A stretch of 64,000 nt of DNA, from the NCBI GenBank assembly GCA_021736305.1, contig JAIPGD010000003.1, positions 4,306-68,305 on the forward strand. The letters are read 5' to 3'. Source of the stretch: Candidatus Izemoplasma sp. (GTDB lineage: Bacteria > Bacillota_I > Bacilli_A > Izemoplasmatales > Hujiaoplasmataceae). This document shows positions 52,294-62,085 of this stretch, one piece after another. Within the stretch, counting starts at the first letter, position 1; each line of letters starts with the position of its first letter. A program made the position numbers and the translations under genes. The notes beneath the pieces are model-generated. The model did no database searches, was not told where the DNA came from, and worked only from the letters and a program-made list of their open reading frames with translations.

Positions 52294-53001
52294 CTAATAG
52301 CCTTCAATGTCAATTGATTTAATAACAAATTGTTGGGGAAAGGCTGAATCATCGATCTTTCCACCCAAAGTGCCTCCAATAGCTAAATTGATAATTAGAT
52401 AGAAGGGTTGATTAAATGGCCAACCTTTTTGAGTAATATCTTTAGATTCTTCACCCCGATAATATGTATGTTCTTTTTTCCCATCAATAAAATAAGAAAT
52501 ATGGTCTTCTGTCCATTCAAAACCAAATTTATGAAATTGGTCTGCAATATTTTCTTTTTGTACTGAATAAAAATATTGGTCTTTTTGTGTGTGATTGTAT
52601 TTATCAGTATGAATACATAAATACAACAAATCCTTATTATTGCCTGTATGTTCCATAATATCTATTTCACCACTTCTTGGCCAATGACCATAGGTGTTAT
52701 CTTGTGGCATCATCCATATAGCTGGCCAAGTACCCTTACCACTTGGCACCTTAGCTACGATTTCTCCTTTTCCATACTTAAAGAAAAATTTATCTTTTGT
52801 GTGGATTCTAGCACTTTCATATATACCATGGGAAAAGGTAGCTTGAATAACCAAACCTTCATCACTAAAAAATATGTTTTTATCTTTATCTGTATACTGT
52901 TGTTTTTCATTATTTGAACTTTTTTTTCCAACTGCTATATTCCAAATGTTAGAATCTAAATTTTTCTCTTTAACAAAATCTATCTTTAATGTTTTTTTCA
53001 T
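52294..53001 (-). CDS. GH16 endo-beta-1,3-glucanase (laminarinase-like), no signal peptide
   Basis: WPAIWMMP and the GEIDIMEH catalytic ExDxxE motif. The N-terminus MKKTLKIDFVKEKNLD is not hydrophobic. Confidence 0.8.
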   Translation of the reverse strand: MKKTLKIDFVKEKNLDSNIWNIAVGKKSSNNEKQQYTDKDKNIFFSDEGLVIQATFSHGIYESARIHTKDKFFFKYGKGEIVAKVPSGKGTWPAIWMMPQDNTYGHWPRSGEIDIMEHTGNNKDLLYLCIHTDKYNHTQKDQYFYSVQKENIADQFHKFGFEWTEDHISYFIDGKKEHTYYRGEESKDITQKGWPFNQPFYLIINLAIGGTLGGKIDDSAFPQQFVIKSIDIEGY

Positions 53002-53006
53002 TTTAT

Positions 53007-54026
53007 CTAGTCCTTTAAAATTTTTGTAGAATCTCCATTAATTAAATATGTATCTACTGTAATTATATCTCCAGATTGAACTGTAGCAGGATGAATTAAA
53101 TACTGTAAAGTTTTTCGAGCAGCAATTTCACCCATCTTACGTGCATCCTGTTTAATAGTTGTAAGTTTTGGGGTAATCATTTGACCTATATCAACTCCAT
53201 CAAAACCAACTATAGAGTAATCTTCAGGAACACTTTTCCCAACATCTTTAATAGCTTGTATAGCTCCTATAGCTAACATATCAGAAGCACAAAAAATTGC
53301 TGTAGGTTGATCTTTCAAGCGCAAAATTTCTTGCATAGCACGGTATCCATCTTCCTTTGAAAAATATTGACCCGAAACCATAAATAATTCGCGTAAATCT
53401 AACTGAAATTTACGCATGCTAACTTCGAACGCTAACTTTCTTTGACCACCAATATATGTATGACGATCCCCATATATATGAGCAATTTTTTTATGGCCTA
53501 AATCTCTTAAAAAGCGAACTCCTTGTTCCATACCTTGATTATTATTAGAAGTTACAGTAACGGCCGATGGAACTGAATAGTCAATTAGAACAGTTGGTAT
53601 ATCTGACTGATAAAGCTCAATCATTTCATCACTATTAAAGTCTTCACAAAGCACCAATATACCATCTACTTGTTTTCTCATAGAATGCTGTAGATATGAA
53701 CCGGTTTGATTACCCATATTTTTAGCTAAAAACATAATATCATAACCTTTAGATTCAATAACATTTTTATAACTTTCTAATATTTTAGAAAATAAAGGAT
53801 GTTGTAAACCATAATCGGTAACATCTTCAAAGATAATGCCGATTGTATAACTATGTTGTGTTTTTAATGATTGAGCTGAAGAATTTGGAACGTAACCCAT
53901 TTCCTTAGCTAGTTTAACAATTGTATCCTTTGTTTTTACAGAAATATCTGAATAATTATTCAAAGCCTTTGACACAGTTGCTATACTAACACCTGATTTT
54001 TTTGAGATATCTTTAATTGTTACCAT
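53007..54026 (-). CDS. LacI-family transcriptional regulator
   Basis: VTIKDISKKSGVSIATVSKALNN...VKLAKEMGYVPNSSAQSLKT plus a PBP1 effector domain. Confidence 0.9.
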   Translation of the reverse strand: MVTIKDISKKSGVSIATVSKALNNYSDISVKTKDTIVKLAKEMGYVPNSSAQSLKTQHSYTIGIIFEDVTDYGLQHPLFSKILESYKNVIESKGYDIMFLAKNMGNQTGSYLQHSMRKQVDGILVLCEDFNSDEMIELYQSDIPTVLIDYSVPSAVTVTSNNNQGMEQGVRFLRDLGHKKIAHIYGDRHTYIGGQRKLAFEVSMRKFQLDLRELFMVSGQYFSKEDGYRAMQEILRLKDQPTAIFCASDMLAIGAIQAIKDVGKSVPEDYSIVGFDGVDIGQMITPKLTTIKQDARKMGEIAARKTLQYLIHPATVQSGDIITVDTYLINGDSTKILKD

Positions 54027-55669
54027 TATCCCACACTCACTATTTCAAAATAATTTAAATTAAACCCACCTGTTTGGGCATAAACTCTAAAAGTAAAAAC
54101 TCCTTCTTGGAGAGAAAATGTTTCACTAGAAACAGTTGACCATTCTTGCAAACCTCCAGTTGAATCAAAAGATAAAGAAAATAAAGGAAAACGACTCAAA
54201 GTAAATAATTGAATTGAAGATCCATCACTTTCGCTTGCGACTCTGAAGTTAATTTGATAATCGCCAGCTTCTTCAACTTCTAAAAGATATACCATATAAT
54301 CGCCATCATCAATCTCCCCAACATATATTGTATCATCATTGTCTTCAGATTGTTCAATCCTAACTCCAGAAGACTCTGAATAATCTTCTGCTTGAATTAC
54401 TCCTAAAGCTACTGGAACATCTTCGGTTGTTACCGATATAAGTGCAGGTTCAGAATGTTTACCATCAAAATCTTCAGCTAGTATTGCAATATTATAAGTT
54501 GTATCTGGTTCTAAATCATATAATCTTATTGCATTCAAAGATGTAGTTTCCTTTAACTGATCATTTACATAAATATTATAATGTGAAACAAGTACATCAT
54601 CAGTAGAATGTTCCCACTTGATTCTAATTGAATTATACAATCTGTCTTGTAATACTAAGTTTGTTGGCTTTGTGGGTTTTGTTTGATCCATTCCTGCATA
54701 ATCTTTTTGAAAAACTCTCACATAATCTACTTGTAAAGTTTGCGGAAAAATAGAGTCATCTATGCCTTGTGCACCGCCCCAATCACCGCCTACAGCTAAA
54801 TTGATTATTAAATGAAATGCTTTATCAAATGGCCAAGCATCACTATTTTCAATATCAATATTAAAATCAGCATTATAACCAAACTCAGCGAATTGTACTC
54901 CATCAATAAATAACTTAATATTTGAAGGTTCCCAAATCATTTCATAGACATGGAATTCCTCTTCTGCTGTTGGTAAAGACGTGCTATAACCTATTTGAGT
55001 ACCTAACCCATGATTATATGCACCAGTATGTATTGTCCCATGAATCACATTAGGCTCATACCCAACATATTCCATAATATCAATCTCACCACTAAAAGGC
55101 CAACCACCATAAGTTCTATCAGTCGGTAACATCCATACAGCAGGCCATAAGCCTCTACCTTCAGGTAATTTTGCTCTTACTTGAATTCTTCCGTAAGTCC
55201 AATCACCTCTATATTTAGTTACAAGTCTTGCTGATGTGTATTCATTGTCTTCAAAAGATTCTTTTATTGCTTTAATATTTAAAATACCATCTTCTACAAA
55301 TGCATTATCTAGATCTTCTCCGGTATAATATTGAAGTTCATTATTCCCCCAACCATCTCCTCCTATATCATAAGCCCAGTTATCAGAATTAGGTAAGCCA
55401 TCTTGATCAAATTCATCACACCATACAGGTTGCCAATCATCAATGTTATCAATAACTTGACATTCTTCAGGCACCAAGCTGCGTAGATCATAAGGCTCTT
55501 TAGTTGTAGTTATTTCTTGTGTTGAAGAATCCTGTGTTGTAGATTCTTGTGTTGTTGATCCATTTGTAGTTGGCCCATCAGTTGTTAAATCAGTAGTCAG
55601 GTCATCTTGACAAGACATTATTGAAACTGATAATAACATCAGCATTATTATACCTATAATTTTTTTCAT
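54026..55669 (-). CDS. surface lipoprotein: GH16 laminarinase + FN3 + C-terminal carbohydrate-binding module
   Basis: Lipobox SVSIMS|C, then a Thr/Ser-rich linker (DLTTDLTTDGPTTNGSTTQESTTQDSSTQEITTT). WPAVWMLP and GEIDIMEY mark the GH16 domain. An FN3-like segment follows (KPTNLVLQDRLYNSIRIKWEHS), then a CBM6-like IQAEDYSESSGV... Confidence 0.8.
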   Translation of the reverse strand: MKKIIGIIMLMLLSVSIMSCQDDLTTDLTTDGPTTNGSTTQESTTQDSSTQEITTTKEPYDLRSLVPEECQVIDNIDDWQPVWCDEFDQDGLPNSDNWAYDIGGDGWGNNELQYYTGEDLDNAFVEDGILNIKAIKESFEDNEYTSARLVTKYRGDWTYGRIQVRAKLPEGRGLWPAVWMLPTDRTYGGWPFSGEIDIMEYVGYEPNVIHGTIHTGAYNHGLGTQIGYSTSLPTAEEEFHVYEMIWEPSNIKLFIDGVQFAEFGYNADFNIDIENSDAWPFDKAFHLIINLAVGGDWGGAQGIDDSIFPQTLQVDYVRVFQKDYAGMDQTKPTKPTNLVLQDRLYNSIRIKWEHSTDDVLVSHYNIYVNDQLKETTSLNAIRLYDLEPDTTYNIAILAEDFDGKHSEPALISVTTEDVPVALGVIQAEDYSESSGVRIEQSEDNDDTIYVGEIDDGDYMVYLLEVEEAGDYQINFRVASESDGSSIQLFTLSRFPLFSLSFDSTGGLQEWSTVSSETFSLQEGVFTFRVYAQTGGFNLNYFEIVSVG

Positions 55670-55671
55670 AT

Positions 55672-56649
55672 CTATTCTCCTGTAATTCCGGTTTTGTCAA
55701 TTGCCTCAACAAAATGTTTTTGAGTAAAGAAAAATAAAATAAGTAAAGGCAAAATTGTTAATATATTTCCAGCTAATTTAGCTGATTGCATTAATTCCCG
55801 TGCAGTTGATCCTTCTGGATATAAGCTTGCATAATTAACCATAAATTGTTCAACCCTTAAAGGTAATGTCAACATATCACTACCTCTTAAAAATAATCCA
55901 GATAAGTAAGTCTCATTATAATACCATACAAAACTAAATAAGAAAACAATGATGATAGCTGGCACAGCCAAAGGTATTGCGATTTTAGTAAAAATTTTAA
56001 GAGGCCCGGCACCATCTAATTGAGCTGATTCCATCAAAGAGTTTGGAATCATCCTAAAAAACGAATAAAAAATCAAAATATAAATCGCTCCATTGAATCC
56101 TTGTCCAAGAATTGCTGGATAGATGAATGTTCTAATCGAACCTAGTAGATTATAATTTGCATACATTCTAAAAGTCGGCATCATAGTAATTTGTGGCGGA
56201 ATGATAAAAGTAAGAATCATCAACGCCATTAAAATTTTCTTAAAAGGAAAATCATATTTAGCAAAGCCATAACCAATCAATGCGCTTGAAAATGTCGCTG
56301 AGAGTGCAGGTAAACCGGCCAAAATAATAGCATCTTTTAAAGCATTTGGATAATCTATTGCATCCCAAACTATTTTATAATTCTCAAGAGTAAATGAAGA
56401 TGGAACCCATTTTACTGAAACATCAATTATATCATTCATAGTCATGAAACTAAAAGAAATCATATACAACATTGGATAAAGATATATATAACCTAACCCT
56501 ACCAACATCAAATATATAGCAACTTTAAAGAAAAGTCCATCCGTAAATTTCATACCGAACAAAAAGCGCTTAAACCTTGATTTTGAGCGATTTTTATCTT
56601 TTTTAACAAAATTTACTATTTTAGTTTTAACTCCCAATAATCTATTCAT
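55672..56649 (-). CDS. CUT1 carbohydrate ABC permease (LplC/MalG-like) with basic N-terminal extension
   Basis: EAA loop ESAQLDGAGPLKIFTKIAIPLAVP. The start is set at ATG 56649, 1 nt after the upstream stop; the track's TTG start would overlap the upstream gene by 38 nt. Confidence 0.8.
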   Translation of the reverse strand: MNRLLGVKTKIVNFVKKDKNRSKSRFKRFLFGMKFTDGLFFKVAIYLMLVGLGYIYLYPMLYMISFSFMTMNDIIDVSVKWVPSSFTLENYKIVWDAIDYPNALKDAIILAGLPALSATFSSALIGYGFAKYDFPFKKILMALMILTFIIPPQITMMPTFRMYANYNLLGSIRTFIYPAILGQGFNGAIYILIFYSFFRMIPNSLMESAQLDGAGPLKIFTKIAIPLAVPAIIIVFLFSFVWYYNETYLSGLFLRGSDMLTLPLRVEQFMVNYASLYPEGSTARELMQSAKLAGNILTILPLLILFFFTQKHFVEAIDKTGITGE

Positions 56650-56650
56650 A

Positions 56651-57715
56651 TTATTTTGCCCTCTTTCCTCTAATGTTAATTGCACCAACGAAAACCAAGA
56701 TAATAAGCGCCATTACAATAAAATAGATCCAAGACAAAGTTGCAGTATATCCATATCCCGTAGTTAATGCTGGTGTTGATTCACCAAGCATTTTTCCTCT
56801 GATATAAACAATTACATCATTCAAACTAAATACACTCATAGAAACTACAGTATATATAATTGATATTGTGATTAAAGGTTTAATTGAAGGTAACGTAATT
56901 TTCCAAAATGATTCCCAAGGACTAGCTCCATCAATCATTGATGCTTCATAAATTGACTTATCAATTTTTTGTAAACCAGCCAAGAATATTAAAATTTGAA
57001 TTCCTGCAAACCAAAGGATAAATAAGATCTCATCAAACAAAGCTTGAATTGGGTTAGCTAAAAAAGAACCGACATTTTCAATAATTAAATCGATAAATTG
57101 ATAATTTTCAATAGACGGAAGCGTTGTTGCCCCTTGATTCATTAGCTCGCTAATTACAGGTCCAGAAGCTATAATAACCGGCAAGAAAAAGATAGTTCTC
57201 CAAAATCCTTTACCACGGATATCTTGATTGATTAATAAAGCAATAATTAAGGCAAATACAATTGTCACTGGAACATTTAATAGCATCGATAAAGCGTAAT
57301 TTATCAAAATCTCAACAAAATAAGGATCAGATAAAAATGCAGCACGATAATTATTGAATAATTCGAATTCCGTATTGATATCAGATCCAGCTAAACGAAC
57401 TTTAAAAAAGCTCAGATACAGACTATTAAACACTGGATACAAAGAAAAAATTAAATATCCAATAATCCAAAGAAATATAAAGCCAAAACCAGTTATTGCT
57501 TGTTGTCTTTTGTTTGTTCTTTTTATTTTAAATTTATCAAATAAAACTACATGAGTATAAGAAACATGAATAAATTTACTATGAAACATTTTATATATAA
57601 CTTTTCTTATCGGTATAAAAATATATTTCTCTAATGGTAACCAAATATATTTATTACTAAATTGTAATATACTTTGAAAAGTCTTTTTAAAAACTTTTTT
57701 AAGTGAGTTTTTCAT
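56651..57715 (-). CDS. CUT1 carbohydrate ABC permease (LplB/MalF-like) with ~75-aa basic N-terminal extension
   Basis: EAA loop EASMIDGASPWESFWKITLPSIKP. The ATG is 6 nt after GAGAGGTG. Confidence 0.8.
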   Translation of the reverse strand: MKNSLKKVFKKTFQSILQFSNKYIWLPLEKYIFIPIRKVIYKMFHSKFIHVSYTHVVLFDKFKIKRTNKRQQAITGFGFIFLWIIGYLIFSLYPVFNSLYLSFFKVRLAGSDINTEFELFNNYRAAFLSDPYFVEILINYALSMLLNVPVTIVFALIIALLINQDIRGKGFWRTIFFLPVIIASGPVISELMNQGATTLPSIENYQFIDLIIENVGSFLANPIQALFDEILFILWFAGIQILIFLAGLQKIDKSIYEASMIDGASPWESFWKITLPSIKPLITISIIYTVVSMSVFSLNDVIVYIRGKMLGESTPALTTGYGYTATLSWIYFIVMALIILVFVGAINIRGKRAK

Positions 57716-57716
57716 C

Positions 57717-60068
57717 CTATACACCTCTCACTAAGTAATTTATGGGTTGGATGACTTCACCATCATATGTATAAGAGTTCTGAGTATAATTAATGATAAT
57801 TTCAATACCATTAGAATATTCTATAACGGCAATTCCTTCATCAGGAACTATTCTAGAAATAATTTCTTCGCCTTGGACATGAGATAGTGCATCATTAATC
57901 CATTGATATTCTTCTACAATGGTTTCTTTCCAAACATCAAATTCTGAAGAATAGAAATATTCCACATCAGTACCAGCTAACTTTGATGGACGTGCTTCTG
58001 TCAATAAGTATGAAGGATAAACATTATAATCAATCAACATCAACAATTGGGTTCTGCCTAGACTATTAAAGTTCATATGTTGGGAAAACATCTCAACATA
58101 ACCACTTAAAACAATTTGTAATATAGGTACTAAATCGTCAAAGAAATTATATTGATTATTATAAAGCGGTATATCATAATAACTATCTAGCCCTACAAAC
58201 GCATAATAGTTTGGCTGAACATATTGAGCATTATTTTGATAACTTTCAATAATGCCTTTATAAATATCTAAAGAGTCTTTGCGAGTATAAATTTTATCAT
58301 CAAAGTATGTAAATAAAATTGAACCCAAGGATTCAAACAACACATCAACACCTTTTTCTTGATAATCTGCTAAATCATCCATTGCTCTTTCTAGTGAAAA
58401 TTCAGGATATAATAAATATCTATTTTTATAAACACAATTTTCACAAGTTGTTTCTAACTTGAATCTGTCTACTGCTTCAGCCACATCTCTACCATATGAG
58501 AGGCTATCTGAACTATTTGAACCTATTACATAATTATTAACTAATAATAATTCGTTTGTTTCTTCAATTTTCTCAATTAAATCAATAAAAGCTTTATTTC
58601 TTCCTAACTTATTTTCAAAATCAACTTTACTTGGTAATTGGCCACTATAACCACCATCATTCCAGCCTAATAATGAAACTCGTTGGTTAGATAAACCTTC
58701 ATCAATAAAGTAATCATACATAGAATCAATGTCATTAACATCTGTCATTTCAATTAACTCACGACCAATAAAACGGCTTCTCGAATCAGACATTAAATAT
58801 CGAGTATGAACTGGTATCTGACTTGATTGAGTACTTATTTGTTCAAAAACTCCATCCTCAACCAATTTATTTTGATAGGCTTGAGCCATTCCAACATAAT
58901 TTGCTTGATCACCATCAAGAAAATCATATCGAATATGAATATCTTGATCATTTGACTCATATACTCTCAAAGCACCACCAGTTCTATCAGTAGTAAAACT
59001 CTGTGTATACGTTTGTTTTAAGTCAAATTTGTTATATATAAGATTATAATCTACATTAGTAGCTCCATTTGGAAAAACGATTAATCTTGCGTTAGTTGAG
59101 CCAGATTCAACAATACCTAAAAAAGCATTTTGATTTACCCCATGTACTGCCCCAAAAATAGGTAAAGACAAACGATATTGATTAAATGAAGTAGTTCTTC
59201 TCGTAATACCAAAATCACTACCAAAATAGCTTGATTCATAAGGTGTTACATATTTCCCTTCATTGTCTTCGTAACGAATAAGCGCACCTGCACCATCAGG
59301 AATCATCATATATCCAGGTATATCGTCTAAATAGGTTGCTCCTAAACCAGGAAATGGAATAATACTAGATAATAAAATAACATCAGAATTACCTTCGTAA
59401 ATAGAATCAATTGGTATATAAAATTCTAACCCTGACTCGGTTAAGGTTACTTCGTAAGAAAATTCTAATTTAAGTTCAGTGTAGTTATATTCTTCAATCA
59501 TTTGTTCTAAAGTGATTTGCCCAGCAATGTATCTGTCATAGTAACGCGAGCATAAACGATCGGCACAAGCACCTTCAATATTTACATCAAACTTAACTGT
59601 TTGATCAACTATAGTTTGTTCAAAAGTAAATTCAGTCTCAGTAATACCGATATTTTTACGATTATTATAATTTTGACTAACATTTAGATACTCAAAGCCT
59701 ATCCCACTTTCTAAAAAATCAGAAAAGGTTCCTGCTTGTGCATTATCAATGGTTGTACTCCAAACATAGCCTGTAAGTTTATTCACAACTTTCATGCCTA
59801 ATGTATCTTCATTCAAATGCAAAATATATTGATCATTTTCTAAAATCTCTTCATCTTTTCTTGTAATCTCAACATAATCTTCTAAATCCACATTTCTAAG
59901 ATCATCTGGATGAGTATATCTTGATGATTCAAAAAGTAAATCTTCTGTAAAATCATTCATATTTTGAGATGAACTACTTACGTTATTGATACTCGTTGTA
60001 TTGACAACAACATAAGATGTTGATACTAAGCTTAAAACTATTAATATTTTCTTAACGATCGACAACAC
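57717..60068 (-). CDS. large N-terminally anchored/secreted protein of unknown function (context resembles DUF5696-type proteins)
   Basis: 783 aa with an N-terminal hydrophobic anchor (KKILIVLSLVSTSYVVV). GTG start 7 nt after GGAGGTG. I recognise no catalytic motif. The DUF label comes only from remembered gene-neighbourhood patterns. Confidence 0.4.
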   Translation of the reverse strand: MLSIVKKILIVLSLVSTSYVVVNTTSINNVSSSSQNMNDFTEDLLFESSRYTHPDDLRNVDLEDYVEITRKDEEILENDQYILHLNEDTLGMKVVNKLTGYVWSTTIDNAQAGTFSDFLESGIGFEYLNVSQNYNNRKNIGITETEFTFEQTIVDQTVKFDVNIEGACADRLCSRYYDRYIAGQITLEQMIEEYNYTELKLEFSYEVTLTESGLEFYIPIDSIYEGNSDVILLSSIIPFPGLGATYLDDIPGYMMIPDGAGALIRYEDNEGKYVTPYESSYFGSDFGITRRTTSFNQYRLSLPIFGAVHGVNQNAFLGIVESGSTNARLIVFPNGATNVDYNLIYNKFDLKQTYTQSFTTDRTGGALRVYESNDQDIHIRYDFLDGDQANYVGMAQAYQNKLVEDGVFEQISTQSSQIPVHTRYLMSDSRSRFIGRELIEMTDVNDIDSMYDYFIDEGLSNQRVSLLGWNDGGYSGQLPSKVDFENKLGRNKAFIDLIEKIEETNELLLVNNYVIGSNSSDSLSYGRDVAEAVDRFKLETTCENCVYKNRYLLYPEFSLERAMDDLADYQEKGVDVLFESLGSILFTYFDDKIYTRKDSLDIYKGIIESYQNNAQYVQPNYYAFVGLDSYYDIPLYNNQYNFFDDLVPILQIVLSGYVEMFSQHMNFNSLGRTQLLMLIDYNVYPSYLLTEARPSKLAGTDVEYFYSSEFDVWKETIVEEYQWINDALSHVQGEEIISRIVPDEGIAVIEYSNGIEIIINYTQNSYTYDGEVIQPINYLVRGV

Positions 60069-62085
60069 GATAGTACACCTCCATGAAGATATCTTTAACT
60101 AAGATAAATAATTCATTTAAAAGAATATATAAGATAAATACTCCTAGTAACATCATAACCATCGTAAAAGCTGAAATAAAGATTGATTTTATTGTCTCTT
60201 TGACATTATAGAAATGAGTTTCTTTAACCATAAAGAAGAAATAAACTACTGTCAACATAATAGCAATAGTATGCATAAATGAAATAATAAATGCTTCATT
60301 GTATGTTAAAACTTGTGATAAAAGCGCAATTAAAGGTAAAGTAAAAAAGTAAGGCGCTAAACAATAAATTGAGGTTATATAAACATCTTTTAGTCTTCCT
60401 TCTCCTTCTCTAATCGTTCCAATAAGGAAATTTGATACAACCCAAAGAATTATAGGTAAGATTATTTTAATCAACTCTTCTATTACATTAATGTTTTCAA
60501 TTTGACGATCATTAAATAGAAAAGCTAAATTATATATATAGAAGATATAGAACAAAAAATATAACCCAAGTAAAATTGTTACAGGAAATATTTGAATTCT
60601 ATTCTTTCTTTTTATTTCATAAGTTTTATCAGCTGGATTTCTCAAATATGAAAAAACATAGAGAATTTGATCCGTTGTCTTTGATTTGCTTCTAACCCAT
60701 TTGATTCCTTTTTTTATTGGCATCATAGCATAAGCAACAATTTTAACTTTTATATTAACAATAAAGATCAATAACAAAACAAAAAATATTATAACAAAAG
60801 TTGCAGCATAATCAATTAACCATGCGTTTCTAACTTCCCAAAATGCATCACTATATCCATCTCTATCATTTGCTACATAATACTCTTCTAAAGCATCATC
60901 ATATTCGCCTAAACTAAAGTAGGCATTTGCCATTCCCTTGTGAGCTAAATCAAAAAAGTCATTCATTTTCAATACTTCTCCCCAAGGTTCTTGAGACTCA
61001 ACGTAAAAGCCTTCTTGATAATCTTTCAAAGCCTCATGAACAAAATCAGTGAAAACGGTTGGAGAATAGATTTTTAATACTTTACTTCCGCGATCTAAGA
61101 CATAGATGTTAGAATTATCATCAACTGCTATAGAAGATGGTTGATTCATCAGCCCTTGGACTTGATTAGTTATATCATTTCCACCAAAGGTAAACAATAA
61201 ATTTCCATCTATATCATACTCATAAATCATCCCTTCACGACTTACAGTATAAATGTTTCCAAGCGGACCAACATAGACATCAACTAAATTTTGTCCAACA
61301 AACATCTGAGGCAACAAATTATCACCACTGATATTTAATCTCTTAACATTTTGGCCACCATCGCCAAGTGATACAGTATGAATTAATCCTCTGTTATCAA
61401 TGGCCATATTCGATACTTCTGGAGGAGTTAAATTAAATAAACTGTTTAATTGTTCTTCAGTAAAAAAAGTATATTGTAAAACTGTTCTTAAAGTTGGTGT
61501 AATTGTATTAGAACCAAAATAAGCTAAGAATTCTCCATCATTAGTAAATTGAGCTAACCCTTTAACACCATTATTTAATATGTAAACATTTCCCCTAGAA
61601 TCTGTAATGATTTTCTTAGGTTTTAAATCTTCAGTTCCAAACAAAGGCGATTCTGGTTTTGTATAAGTTACTAAAATATTTCCAGAAGAATCTAATTTAT
61701 ACGCTGTTTGTCCGCTTTGATCAGCTACATAAATATTGCCTTCTTCAGTTGTAAAAACGCCTGTTGGATTAACTAAAAAATCACTGCCTAAAACAACTGC
61801 AGATTTAGTGTTCATATCATAAACGATAATTTTTCCGCTATCACCTGTAGTAGAAGCAATAAATAACTTATTATTTTTTATATCTATATCCATAGGAGTA
61901 TCTAAAGAAACTCCATCTAACTCATCAATATCTGTGACCGGAATATAAGCGATTTGAGTTCTAACTAGCCGGCCATCACTTAAGGTATATGTGTTATAGT
62001 TGACACCATTTTCTGCATTTATTGTAGTGCCTATTAATAAAGATATGGTTAATACTGAAAGAAATATCAATAATATCTTCTTCAT
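60052..62085 (-). CDS. fusion protein: signal peptide + NHL-type six-bladed beta-propeller + C-terminal Yip1-like polytopic membrane domain
   Basis: Signal peptide MKKILLIFLSVLTISLLIGTTINA. There are six blade-like repeats: NKLFIASTTGD, GNIYVADQSG, GNVYILNNG, GLIHTVSLGD, GNIYTVSREG and SNIYVLDRGS. After about residue 425 there are 5-6 hydrophobic helices. Confidence 0.6.
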   Translation of the reverse strand: MKKILLIFLSVLTISLLIGTTINAENGVNYNTYTLSDGRLVRTQIAYIPVTDIDELDGVSLDTPMDIDIKNNKLFIASTTGDSGKIIVYDMNTKSAVVLGSDFLVNPTGVFTTEEGNIYVADQSGQTAYKLDSSGNILVTYTKPESPLFGTEDLKPKKIITDSRGNVYILNNGVKGLAQFTNDGEFLAYFGSNTITPTLRTVLQYTFFTEEQLNSLFNLTPPEVSNMAIDNRGLIHTVSLGDGGQNVKRLNISGDNLLPQMFVGQNLVDVYVGPLGNIYTVSREGMIYEYDIDGNLLFTFGGNDITNQVQGLMNQPSSIAVDDNSNIYVLDRGSKVLKIYSPTVFTDFVHEALKDYQEGFYVESQEPWGEVLKMNDFFDLAHKGMANAYFSLGEYDDALEEYYVANDRDGYSDAFWEVRNAWLIDYAATFVIIFFVLLLIFIVNIKVKIVAYAMMPIKKGIKWVRSKSKTTDQILYVFSYLRNPADKTYEIKRKNRIQIFPVTILLGLYFLFYIFYIYNLAFLFNDRQIENINVIEELIKIILPIILWVVSNFLIGTIREGEGRLKDVYITSIYCLAPYFFTLPLIALLSQVLTYNEAFIISFMHTIAIMLTVVYFFFMVKETHFYNVKETIKSIFISAFTMVMMLLGVFILYILLNELFILVKDIFMEVYYRVVDR

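Noticed and set aside
33460-57554. Remaining short track ORFs: 33460-33648, 33964-34314, 34470-34658, 34528-34719, 34743-35003, 36837-37043, 37132-37428, 37681-37965, 38777-38962, 39015-39302, 40160-40345, 42136-42321, 42279-42470, 43115-43327, 44791-45039, 46077-46277, 49017-49199, 50475-50663, 50903-51091, 51488-51679, 52648-52917, 57354-57554
   Set aside because: Each lies inside a longer ORF with clear family motifs, either on the opposite strand or in a shifted frame. They are treated as spurious.
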